Assembly: GCF_000014265.1 (NCBI RefSeq)
Contig: NC_008312.1
Coordinates: 5,400,001-5,432,000, forward strand
Direction: 5' to 3'
DNA from: Trichodesmium erythraeum IMS101
GTDB lineage: Bacteria > Cyanobacteriota > Cyanobacteriia > Cyanobacteriales > Microcoleaceae
Length of the DNA stretch: 32,000 nt
Position numbers and translations under genes: made by a program
The notes under the pieces: generated by a model
What the model was told of the DNA's origin: nothing
Seen by the model: the letters and a program-made list of their open reading frames with translations, nothing else
Database searches by the model: none
Shown: piece after piece, positions 17,307 to 26,894 of the stretch
How positions within the stretch are numbered: position 1 is the stretch's first letter
How the letters are laid out: the number at the start of each line of letters is the position of its first letter

Positions 17307-18120
17307 GCTGAAGTCAGAGTTAATTTTCTTTTATGTACTTCTTCACGGTGTCACTTTCCTATAAATTTTTCACCATTTTTAGCTCTCCCAACTTAAGAGC
17401 AGCGATATTCAAAACCTCCACTTTAAGTTCAGTTTGACCTTGGCTTTTAAATTCACCGATTTTTTTCTTTATAAAAAGTAACTTAGCGCTCTAATTCTGT
17501 CATTTTCACTAAAAAAGTTGATTAGTTTTTATTCGTACTTTCTAACTATTTTTTAATTTTGCTAATAAGCTAACTTAAATCAGTTTTTTCTTATAAATTA
17601 GACAAAATAAATATCCTTAATAAAATCAATTTTTTGTTTCTTATTACTTAAAAATTGTTAATTTATGACTCAATTCATATCTTAATATATAAAAGCTATC
17701 ATTTTAATAAATTGAAAGGCAAACAACAGCCAATTATAGGTTTATAAAGTTGTTGAAAAACGAGAAGGTGAATAAAATAAATACCGATAGGAACTAAAAT
17801 AAATTCGTAAGGATTTATTCTAGTTTCTTCTCCATTCGTAATTTCTGACTCTTTTATTAATTTGCAGTAGCTTTCTGTTAATCTGATACTGTAGAGATAT
17901 CTGTTAATAATAAAGGTGAACGAAAAGACAAATAAATTAACTGGCCTAAAAGAGGAACTAATGCTACCCAATACCAAAGATTTTTTTTAATTCCTCTTTT
18001 CTTTCTACCACTTTTATCGCTCCGGCAAATTCGCTAACTTCATCGGAATTTACAAAGGCTAGAGGCTCGTGCTATATCTAGTCATTAGCCAACATTAGAA
18101 AAACGATACGAAAGATATAA

Positions 18121-19038
18121 ATGGCACTATTTAAAATAGAAAATAACGAGCGACTTGCAAACATAAAGGAACAACCTTTTAAACTTGAAAAAGATATTCA
18201 ATCCCTTACAGAAAAAAACCTGAAATCAATTTTCGGACTTGACTTTGTGAAGTCTGAATTCAGCTTGAATAATTTTCGGATCGACACTTTAGCATTCGAC
18301 AAAGACGCAGGAACTTTTGTGATTATCGAATATAAACGAGACAAGAACTTTAGCCTAATTGACCAAGGATACGCCTATTTGTCTTTAATGCTGAACAACA
18401 AAGCGGACTTCATTCTTGAATACAATGAAAATTCAAAAGAGACTTTAAAACGAAATGACGTTGATTGGTCGCAGTCGAGAGTGATTTTTATTTCTCCTTC
18501 ATTTACGACTTATCAAAAAGAAGCAATCAATTTTAAAGACTTGCCGATTGAACTTTGGGAAATAAAGCGTTACGAAAATCAAACGGTTAACTACAAACAA
18601 ATAAAAACTTCAGGTGCTCAGGAAAGTGTAAAGACAATTAGCCGACAAGATGAAACGATTGAAAAAGTAGCCAAGGAAATCAAAGTTTACACAGAAGACG
18701 AGCATTTAGATAAAGGAACAGAAGAGACAAAGGAACTTTATGAGAAATTTAAAAGTGCCATTTTAAACCTTGACGAATTAGAAGTAAAACCAAAGAAAAA
18801 ATACATTGCTTTTGTATCAGGTTATAATGTAGTGGACATTCACATTCAAAAGAACGCTTTGAAAATGTGGTTGAATTTACAACAAGGCGACCTTAACGAC
18901 CCAAAAGAAATTGCAAGAGACGTTTCTTCGGTCGGACATTGGGGAAATGGCGACTATGAAATTGTAATGCGGACAGACGAAGAAATGGAATACATTTTAA
19001 GCCTGATAAACCAATCGTTGAAAAAGAATAAAAAATAA
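18121..19038 (+). CDS. PD-(D/E)xK (NucS/DUF91-like) nuclease-fold N-terminal domain protein with an uncharacterised C-terminal domain (DUF5655-like?)
   Basis: 305 aa. FRIDTLAFDKDAGTFVIIEYKRDKNFSLIDQGYAYLSLM matches the D...(D/E)xK...Q signature of NucS-like restriction-endonuclease-fold domains. Codon usage is atypical for the window: GAC strongly preferred over GAT, with many CGA/TCG/ACG codons. Confidence 0.6.
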   Translation: MALFKIENNERLANIKEQPFKLEKDIQSLTEKNLKSIFGLDFVKSEFSLNNFRIDTLAFDKDAGTFVIIEYKRDKNFSLIDQGYAYLSLMLNNKADFILEYNENSKETLKRNDVDWSQSRVIFISPSFTTYQKEAINFKDLPIELWEIKRYENQTVNYKQIKTSGAQESVKTISRQDETIEKVAKEIKVYTEDEHLDKGTEETKELYEKFKSAILNLDELEVKPKKKYIAFVSGYNVVDIHIQKNALKMWLNLQQGDLNDPKEIARDVSSVGHWGNGDYEIVMRTDEEMEYILSLINQSLKKNKK

Positions 19039-19130
19039 CGTGGGCTAACAATAGTAGCTGTGGTACAACTCAATCAGAAAAATAGTTCAGATGAGGTTTT
19101 ATGCTTTCGTTGTCTACTCATATCATCCTC

Positions 19131-19319
19131 TAAAATAGTTAGAAATAATAAGCACAACATACAAAAATCTAAACTCATTACATGAATAAATCTACTACTT
19201 TGCCACTGTCGAATAAAATCTGCTCATAAAATAGTTAGAAATAATAAGCACAACATACAAAAATCTAAACTCATTACATGAATAAATCTACTACTTTGCC
19301 ACTGTCGAATAAAATCTGC
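19131..19319. repeat. tandem duplication, 2 x 93 bp separated by 3 bp
   Basis: 19131-19223 and 19227-19319 are identical by eye. The spacer tca (19224-19226) is the reverse-strand TGA stop of the membrane-protein ORF. Copy 2 encodes that ORF's last 31 codons. Confidence 0.95.
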
Positions 19320-19640
19320 CCATTCACCACTTTTAAAACTGTATATTAGTAAAAAAATCGTACCTAACCCTAAAGCAATTCCTAAAATTAGAGAGTCTAA
19401 GATATTCAAAAATAAATTCTTTTTACCAGAAAAAATTGAATTAGGTTGACGCAATCCTAAATAGGGTAAAATAGCAAATTCTCCGACTCCAAATGATAAT
19501 GTAGAAAATAACCATGCTGGTACTTTTTGTCCTCTACCATCAGATAATAACAAACAACTATAAATTAGAGACCATATTCCTATAATATTGAATAGAGATA
19601 CAATCAAAGGATTAATATTTTCCCATTCACCTGTTGCCAA
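19224..19640 (-). CDS. small multi-pass membrane protein, possibly 5'-decayed (see findings)
   Basis: 138 aa with about 4 hydrophobic helices. The track start is a TTG. An in-frame TAA (19646-19644) separates it from a further upstream helix-coding stretch that lacks any start codon. Confidence 0.5.
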   Translation of the reverse strand: MATGEWENINPLIVSLFNIIGIWSLIYSCLLLSDGRGQKVPAWLFSTLSFGVGEFAILPYLGLRQPNSIFSGKKNLFLNILDSLILGIALGLGTIFLLIYSFKSGEWADFIRQWQSSRFIHVMSLDFCMLCLLFLTIL

Positions 19641-19867
19641 TTTTTAGATTAATTCTAAAGTATCCGGTTGAATAGGGAGTGCAAGAAGAAAAGCATAAAG
19701 ACTAAAACCTATCCAAAGTAACCAAAATGCTATTTTATTTAAGGTGATAATGCTTTTAATAAATTGTATTTTTTTATATATTTATCTAACTATAATTATT
19801 GATAAATTTAGTGATTAGTATTTATAAGTTATTCTAGAACTATGGATAGAATTTAAGTGAAAATAAT

Positions 19868-20236
19868 TTAGGGTAAAAATCTATCTAAAGCCGACTTTAA
19901 AGCAGCAATTTCAACATCAATATCTCCATCTTGATTTGCCCGAACAATACAATCAGATAAATGATTATCTAAAACTATACGAGCTACTCGGTCTAAAGCA
20001 CCACGAACTGCAGCTATTTGTATTAAAACATCAGGACAAGCCCGATGATCTTTGATCATAGTTTTAATCCCTCTAACGTGCCCTTCAATTCTCGATAATC
20101 TATTTATCAGACGTTTCAGAGATTCTTCACTGTGAACATGAGGATGAGCAGAAGAATGATGGTGATCTTCAGAAATTATATCTTTCTCAAGTGTATGACT
20201 ACCAATCTGTTTTTTTTGTTTGTTAGATATCACCAT
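19868..20236 (-). CDS. CsoR/RcnR/InrS-family metal-sensing transcriptional repressor with a His-rich N-terminal extension
   Basis: 122 aa. LINRLSRIEGHVRGIKTMIKDHRACPDVLIQIAAVRGALDRVARIVLDNHLSDCI is the DUF156/CsoR fold. The ligand fingerprint is H (EGHVRG) - C (ACPD) - H/C (NHLSDC). The N-terminus contains EDHHHSSAHPHVHSEE. Confidence 0.88.
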   Translation of the reverse strand: MVISNKQKKQIGSHTLEKDIISEDHHHSSAHPHVHSEESLKRLINRLSRIEGHVRGIKTMIKDHRACPDVLIQIAAVRGALDRVARIVLDNHLSDCIVRANQDGDIDVEIAALKSALDRFLP

Positions 20237-20312
20237 AAACTTATTTATATTATAATAATATATTGTTAACTATATTATAACACCAAACTTAACACATTCA
20301 AATGTGAATACT

Positions 20313-21527
20313 ATGAAATTGTTAAATTTTTGTCGAATAAGTACCAAAATTAAGGCTCAAATATTGTCCATTTTTATAGCTTTGAGTTTTATATTTGCTT
20401 GTTTCTCAGCAGTACCAGCAATGGCAGATTCTAAAGTATTTAACGGGTTATCAAATACTCAATTAGTAGCATTACAAACTATACCAGAAAATATCAAGAC
20501 TAGAAATAGTAATAGCTTTGTCACAGAAGCAGTAAATAAAGTTGATTTAGCTGTAGTTAGAATTGACACAGAAAGACTAGTTACCCGTCCCAATAATAAT
20601 TTTTTTGAAGACCCATTTTTTGATCGTTTCTTTGATGAAAACTTAAGGATTCAACCACCTTCAAAAGAATTGTTAAGAGGTCAAGGTTCCGGTTTTATTG
20701 TTGACTCGAAAGGCATAATTTTAACCAATGCTCATGTAGTCAATAAAGCTGACAAAGTTACTGTAACTTTAAATGATGGTAGACAATTTATTGGGGAAGT
20801 AAAAGGAACAGATGAAATTACAGATTTAGCAGTAGTTAAAGTTGATACAAAAGATGAGATTTTACCAGTAGCAATTTTAGGTGATTCTAATTTAATACAA
20901 GTAGGAGATTGGGCAATAGCAGTAGGAAATCCTCTAGGATTTAATAACACTGTTACTTTAGGAATTATTAGTACTTTAAAACGTCCTAGTTCAGCAATAG
21001 GAATTCCTGATAAGAGACTAGATTTTATTCAAACTGACGCAGCAATTAACCCAGGAAATTCCGGGGGTCCGTTGTTGAATGATAGGGGTGAAGTAATTGG
21101 AATTAATACTGCAATTAGAGCTGATGCTATGGGTATTGGTTTTGCTATTCCTATAAATAAAGCTAAAGAAATTAAAGATATATTAGTTCGTGGAGAACAA
21201 GTACCTCATCCTTTTATTGGCATTCAGATGATTACTCTAAATCCAGAAATTGCTAAAGAAAATAATAGTGACCCCAATTCTGTTTTAATTTTGCCAGAAG
21301 TAAAAGGAGTTTTAGTAACGAGAATATTGCCTGGTACTCCAGCGGAAAAATCAGGGATGCGCATAGGAGATGTAATTATAGAAATTGACAATCAATCAGT
21401 ATTTAGTGCTGAACAGTTACAGAGAAAAGTTGAAAATAGTGGTGTAGGTGAAAAATTGCTATTCAAAGTTATGCGAAATAACAGAGAAAAAGAACTATTT
21501 GTTGTTAGCGGACAAATGAATTATTAG
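20313..21527 (+). CDS. HtrA/DegP-family periplasmic serine protease (trypsin-like domain plus one PDZ)
   Basis: It has a signal/anchor segment and the catalytic triad contexts TNAHVV (His), DLAVVKV (Asp) and GNSGGPLL (Ser). A C-terminal PDZ is indicated (GVLVTRILPGTPAEKSGMRIGDVIIEIDNQ). The ATG at 20313 lies 3 codons inside the track ORF, which starts at the GTG at 20304. Confidence 0.9.
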   Translation: MKLLNFCRISTKIKAQILSIFIALSFIFACFSAVPAMADSKVFNGLSNTQLVALQTIPENIKTRNSNSFVTEAVNKVDLAVVRIDTERLVTRPNNNFFEDPFFDRFFDENLRIQPPSKELLRGQGSGFIVDSKGIILTNAHVVNKADKVTVTLNDGRQFIGEVKGTDEITDLAVVKVDTKDEILPVAILGDSNLIQVGDWAIAVGNPLGFNNTVTLGIISTLKRPSSAIGIPDKRLDFIQTDAAINPGNSGGPLLNDRGEVIGINTAIRADAMGIGFAIPINKAKEIKDILVRGEQVPHPFIGIQMITLNPEIAKENNSDPNSVLILPEVKGVLVTRILPGTPAEKSGMRIGDVIIEIDNQSVFSAEQLQRKVENSGVGEKLLFKVMRNNREKELFVVSGQMNY

Positions 21528-22332
21528 ACATTTTTAGAAAAGAGGGTGTAGGAACTGTAGGGATAAAATATGACCATATAGGTAGAATTCACTGTTTATA
21601 CTCCCTCACCGAACCACACCTCCCAAACTAACTCCCACGATAGGTTTTACTAGAATAAAATAGTATTTATTAGTAGTGGAAAATAATTGATTATTTCTGT
21701 ACGATAATTAATTTTATTTTTTATTCTTGGAGATATTTATTAACAGAATAAATGCTAATAAATAATTTAATCAATGGTAAGCATAGGGCATTTAGCTATT
21801 GCTTTTGGTTCGCCATCAATGCTTGATTATAAAGCTTTTCAGAATGACCTCATATATTATCAACAAAACATTGTAGAAACACTCCATCAAACTTACCTAC
21901 TTCAGAAAGAAATAGGGATAAAAACTATGAATAAAAATCCCACTATTGAAACCATCTACAAAGTCTGCTTATGTATTACTGAACCCTTCCTTGTCAACAA
22001 TTCAATATTGGCAACAATTTGGTGATTGTATTGGACAAATAGGTGAATTAACTTCTCCTATGGCTAACAATTTATATAGAGTAAATTCTAACTTAAGCTC
22101 TATTCGACTCTATCACCAATATGTCGAGAGCGCGGATCTTTTACCAATATTTAGATAAAATATTATTTGAACATAGTTAATAATTCAGCAGCAACAAAAA
22201 TTACAGACATTGTTGATAGTGAAAACTCATAAAGTCTGGAACCATTAGATGAACTTTTCAGATTAGAGAATGGCAAAAAAATCCTTAACTGAACTGAACT
22301 GTATTACCCTAAATTAGGAATTTTTATAAGTT

Positions 22333-23190
22333 TTATTGAACAGCAGATAATCTTAATTGATAACGATACAATGCTACAGGGTGATTTGCTACTAAAAAAT
22401 AATTAGGATCTTGAGGAGATAAATAAATTGCTGTTATCTGATTTGCCTCAATTATTTCTCCTTGATATTCATCAATAATATGATGATAATCTGTAGTTGT
22501 TTCTACCTCATTTAAATAAATCATTTTCTCCCCCTGAAATAACTGTTGAGTTATTTCACAGGTAATAAAATTATCTGGGTTTAATTGTTCGCTAGCGCGA
22601 CTAGTAATAATTGAAACTAACTCTAAATTATCTGCTAAAATAGTTGTCTGACGATTAGGATTATATTGGTTGATTTTAACAGATAAAATGGCATCATCAC
22701 CTAAAAATGCTTTGCCAATATTCAACCCATTAAATTCTCGGTCAGCGATAACTGCTTCTGGAGGTAAATCTAATTTTTCAATTTTGTTATTATTAATCAC
22801 AGAAGACCAAGATGTAGGAAAATTTATTAATTTTTGTTCCGATATTTCTTTGGTATTTAAGCTTGATTTAAGCTTAATAAATTTAACTTGAAAATTTACT
22901 GGTTGATACAAATATTGACGATTTTTTTCAAAACCTGGTGTAATAATTTTTGGAGCTAATGGAGCGACCATATCTATTAAAGTACTTTCTACATTCCAAT
23001 TTCCTGCCATCCAGTCTGGATAAATTAAATCTGTTTTAGGAGCACTAATTAATGGTTTATTTTCCCAGTTAGGAAAATTACCGATTCTCTCAGCAAGGTT
23101 TTCTGCTGCTGCATCATTAATCCAAAGTAAAACAATTGTAATTAAGCTCAAATTCAAGATTACTTGCCAAAAATTTTGGTTATTTTTCAT
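22333..23190 (-). CDS. exported hypothetical protein (conserved cyanobacterial type, function unknown)
   Basis: 285 aa. It has an N-terminal signal peptide (FWQVILNLSLITIVLLWINDAAA). I recognise no catalytic motif. Confidence 0.6.
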   Translation of the reverse strand: MKNNQNFWQVILNLSLITIVLLWINDAAAENLAERIGNFPNWENKPLISAPKTDLIYPDWMAGNWNVESTLIDMVAPLAPKIITPGFEKNRQYLYQPVNFQVKFIKLKSSLNTKEISEQKLINFPTSWSSVINNNKIEKLDLPPEAVIADREFNGLNIGKAFLGDDAILSVKINQYNPNRQTTILADNLELVSIITSRASEQLNPDNFITCEITQQLFQGEKMIYLNEVETTTDYHHIIDEYQGEIIEANQITAIYLSPQDPNYFLVANHPVALYRYQLRLSAVQ

Positions 23191-23267
23191 AATAGGGATT
23201 AGGGAGTAGGTAGTAGAGAGTAGTTAGGGAAGTTACATACAACGTCCCGATTAGTAATTATGTTCAA

Positions 23268-23298
23268 GTTTTAGGTTTTAGGTTTTAGGTTTTAGGTT
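23268..23298. repeat. heptanucleotide tandem repeat (GTTTTAG) x 4.4
   Basis: gttttag occurs at 23268, 23275, 23282 and 23289, plus a partial unit. This is the STRR-like short tandem repeat class common in filamentous cyanobacteria. Confidence 0.9.
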
Positions 23299-23504
23299 GA
23301 AAAATTAATTGATAAAATTTTACTGTAAAATTAATTTATTTTGCTCACACTTTTGAATCTCAATAACTTTTGAGTTCAATCATTTTTTTTTATCTTATAA
23401 TTTCTGCTGTTAACCTGAAAGCTTAAAGCACCAAACCTACTAAAATTTAATATATAAATGAGTGCTAATAGTCAGTTAATAACTCATAGCTGATAGCTAA
23501 ATTT

Positions 23505-24337
23505 TTACTCAAAATTAATTTTACTTATACTCCGGTACTTAATGGTTGCCAATTAATCTTTAAACATTTACTTTTCATAAAATATTTATTTTAACTATTA
23601 GTCAAGGAACTACTGCTGAGAGTAACAATGTTTTGGTAAAAATACAACAAAAAAATATCGAAGGTTGGAGAGAAGCTTCACCATTTTCAGTAGGAGAAAA
23701 ACTATCACCTACTACAACTATATAGCAAGCTATACAATAAGTTATCTATGCTCTAGAAAAGTTTAATTCTCTTGAGCAGAAACAAATTGAGCAAGTCTTA
23801 ACAGAATTACAAATACTATCAGCATCCTTAGCAGTTATTGATATTACCTTGCATGACTGGGTAGGAAAAAAATAGGGTGGCCTTTATGGCGACTTTGGAG
23901 ATTAGAAAGCGATCGCATTGTTCCCAGCCCAGTTACTATTGGTATCAGTATCCCCGAAATTGCTAAATAGGGAGTGCGAAACTGACTAAAATTTATTGAT
24001 GTGCGGATGTTAAAAGTTAAATTAGGCACTCCTGAAAGTATTGAAGCATATCAAGCAATGTTAATAGCACTTCAAGAGAAAGCAACCCTCATATACAGTA
24101 TTATACGTAGATGTAAATGGAGGCTGGAGTTTGGAAGATGCTGTAAAAATTTGTGACTGGTTGGCGACAGTTGAGGTTGTTTTGTGGAACAACCATTACC
24201 TGCTGTCTGCGCAATGAAAGATTTACTTTATCTGTCTCAGCGATCGCTATTAGCCATTTTTCTCAATGAAAGTTGTTTGACTACCAGAGATATTCGTCAT
24301 TTTGGAAAAAAATATTACGTGACAAGGTTTTTTTAAT
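23505..24337 (+). pseudogene. decayed L-Ala-D/L-Glu (dipeptide) epimerase, enolase superfamily
   Basis: Colinear segments lie in shifting frames: LTISQGTTAESNNVLVKIQQKNIEGWREASPF; SASLAVIDITLHDWVGKK; IGWPLWRLWRLESDRIVPSPVTIGISIPE; RMLKVKLGTPESIEAYQAML (KxK motif); YVDVNGGWSLEDAVKICDW (metal Asp); VEQPLPA (metal Glu); LLAIFLNESC (DES -> NES). There are at least 6 in-frame stops and at least 3 frameshifts, and the C-terminal third, including the second catalytic Lys, is missing. Confidence 0.8.
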
Positions 24338-24525
24338 TATAAAGCTACAATTCTATTTGATACTTAATTTAAGATTTAACCCTATCCCTATCTTCCCTGC
24401 ACCTCCTGCACCTTATCTCCCGAAAATGATATTTATTTCAAACAAATGCAGTAAAATAAACAGTCTAAGCACTGATGATATCACTTCTTACTTGAGAGCA
24501 CCTATTACAATTTAGATAGTCAATA

Positions 24526-24876
24526 CTAAACAGATACATAGGTTTTCTCAAATTTCGGAACAACTTCAGGAACAGACAAGTTACTTATACAGTGATTTAT
24601 TGTGCAGCAATTCCAGAAAGCTTGCGCCACTTCTAAGTATTCTCTTAAAACCTTAGAAACACTTATAACTGTGTTGATAACTGTTGGTAAACAAGGACTA
24701 GGTATAGATGTTGTGAAAAAGGTATTAACGATAGACCACAATATGATTGTCCAAAGAAATCCTAATACCGACAATAAAATTAAGTCCAGCGCAGCAAAGC
24801 AACATACAACTTCTTTAGGTATTGAAATAACTATAGCAAGCCTTGCAAAAAGGGAATTATTCAGTTTTTCTGCCAT
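24526..24876 (-). CDS. hypothetical small Cys-rich membrane protein (uncertain)
   Basis: 116 aa with two hydrophobic helices. A 119-aa ORF on the + strand (24602..24961) overlaps it over most of its length, so at most one is real. The minus-strand ORF looks more protein-like. Confidence 0.3.
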   Translation of the reverse strand: MAEKLNNSLFARLAIVISIPKEVVCCFAALDLILLSVLGFLWTIILWSIVNTFFTTSIPSPCLPTVINTVISVSKVLREYLEVAQAFWNCCTINHCISNLSVPEVVPKFEKTYVSV

Positions 24877-26488
24877 TTTTCTATATCGTCAGAGTCAATT
24901 TATTAAACGCAACCAATCAGACCTATACAAACTAAGGATTTTGAATCGACAATCTGTCTAATTGTTATAGAAAGTTGACTCTTCATTCTCCTCTCAATGC
25001 CTACGAAGTTAGCTGACGGGCTAGGGCTGAGAGATGCCCTTCTCTACATCTTTAAATTTATTAATCTTAGATAAAGACTTTTATTCAGAGATAAGCCCCT
25101 AATTTTTGGTTCCTCCGCTCTAGCAGCACCTTTGCTGTGCTTTTATGGCCAGATTAGGCTGACTGTTTTTATCTTAATATTATTTTAACTTCTTGAGCAC
25201 AACTTTGTCAACTTTTAACTTCCGAGAAAGGGTATAATAGATATTTTAAGTTGACTTCCATTACTAATTAAATTAGAATTATATACTAAGTCAAAAGTTA
25301 AATTATTGTCCTGACTAAGGAATAAGAATTTCAGAATCTCCTGAGAATTATGTATACTAGTAGTAGGACACAGCTTAATTTTGAGGGTTAGATTTTAGGG
25401 CTGGTTTATTTCCAGTAAGTAGACTTCTCCAAAAATGCAGATTTGGAGACGGCGAGGTAAGGGCTTAAAAACCTTTCGGAGGAGATATCTAATAGAGTCA
25501 TTGAGTGTGGGAAATTTTCAAATCCTCAAAAGCTTACTATATAAGAATTTCAGGATTTTATGATTTTAAATGTCGGTAAATCTTAATTGATAAGGTTTTT
25601 AGTCATTTTCTTCCTTAATTCCCAACAACAATTTAAACTAGAATTTGCTTCTGGTAAAAATGGTAAAACCTTGACATAAGTAATAATTATAGATATAAAA
25701 GAATTGCTCTGCATAGTTTGAGCTTTGTTAGTCAACTACTAAACCTGACAACCCTAAAAATGTAGGCTTTTATAGAAGGAAGTGAAGCCTAACACACCTC
25801 TCCCCCTAACTTGATTGTGCTGGGGTTACTCTAAGGGTATTTTGCTACATTTTAAGGCATATTATATATTAATCACACAATCTTATATGTTTCAGTCTAC
25901 TACTATACTATTTCCAAATAATATGCCACATCTATTTATGTAATATTTAGTCTATTAATTTATCTATTAATTTTAAGTTACAAGTTTGGGCGACCTGGTT
26001 ATTTTATGCTTTTGAGTGTAAATTGAGGTAATGCCGTAACCGATGAATTTTCTATAGCCTTGGATAAAATCTCATGATTATATGATTTATCGTGGTCTTT
26101 ATTTTTTGACTAGGGCTTACCAAAAAAGCAAGACCAAAGACCTTATTAAATATTTTGCTGACCCTCAAAATCAATAGTTAGGAATTATTAAATAGCAGAG
26201 CAGCGAAAACAAAATGTTAAATTAATTAACGCACCTTTTCTTGAGCTTCAACTAGGAGCTGACCAATTTTTTTTCAAGAATGTTCTCCAGCCCTATTTAC
26301 AAAAGACTTACAAGCTTAACTTGTCACTAATACTATCTAAGTCACTCTTTCTATTTAAAATCAAACAGTCATTGTGATTATGATCATTAAATATTGTAAT
26401 TATGATCCCTTATTGTTTTAAGTTTATATCACCATGTAATAATAAATTATCAATGATAATATAAATGTAGAATATAAAGATAATTGTT

Positions 26489-26722
26489 ATGTATATAGAA
26501 CCTCCTATTCATCTATTACCATTTGCATTAGGAGACCTTTTTGCTAATGCTAATTCCACAGGATATATTACTTTGGCTGACCGTTATGGATTAATGGCAG
26601 CTATATTTGATGATTCTTTGGCAGAAGACGAAAAGCTTTCAGTTAACCGGCTACTTCGATCTATTTGTAAAGGACGTATTAAAGTAATTGATGAAATTTC
26701 TGTGATTTCTTCTTTTACTTAG
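26489..26722 (+). CDS. small hypothetical protein
   Basis: 77 aa, ATG start, non-repetitive, with balanced composition (ITLADRYGLMAAIFDDSLAEDEKLSVNRLLRSICKGRIKVIDE). It resembles small conserved cyanobacterial proteins, but I cannot name a family. Confidence 0.5.
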   Translation: MYIEPPIHLLPFALGDLFANANSTGYITLADRYGLMAAIFDDSLAEDEKLSVNRLLRSICKGRIKVIDEISVISSFT

Positions 26723-26894
26723 AATTAAGCTGTTGAGTATTTCAATTATATATATTCAATTTTTGTCAAAGGGAATAAGCAATAGCCAAAAAACAACAGA
26801 AAATATAAAATAAACATGACTTTTAGCTTATACCTAAAAAATTAGTAAATTTTTACACTTTTACACTAATTAAGTTATTGAACATTGATTTTGA

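Noticed and set aside
17699-17977. 92-aa minus-strand ORF (TTG start)
   Set aside because: An alternative frame over the same DNA gives an equally membrane-like translation (NLWYWVALVPLLGQLIYLSFSPLLL...) that ends in a stop. This suggests a decayed membrane-protein gene or chance ORFs in AT-rich sequence, so no confident call is possible.
24602-24961. 119-aa + strand ORF
   Set aside because: It overlaps the 116-aa minus-strand ORF over most of its length. It has a GTG start, no motifs and a hydrophilic low-information sequence. The minus-strand ORF was retained at low confidence instead.
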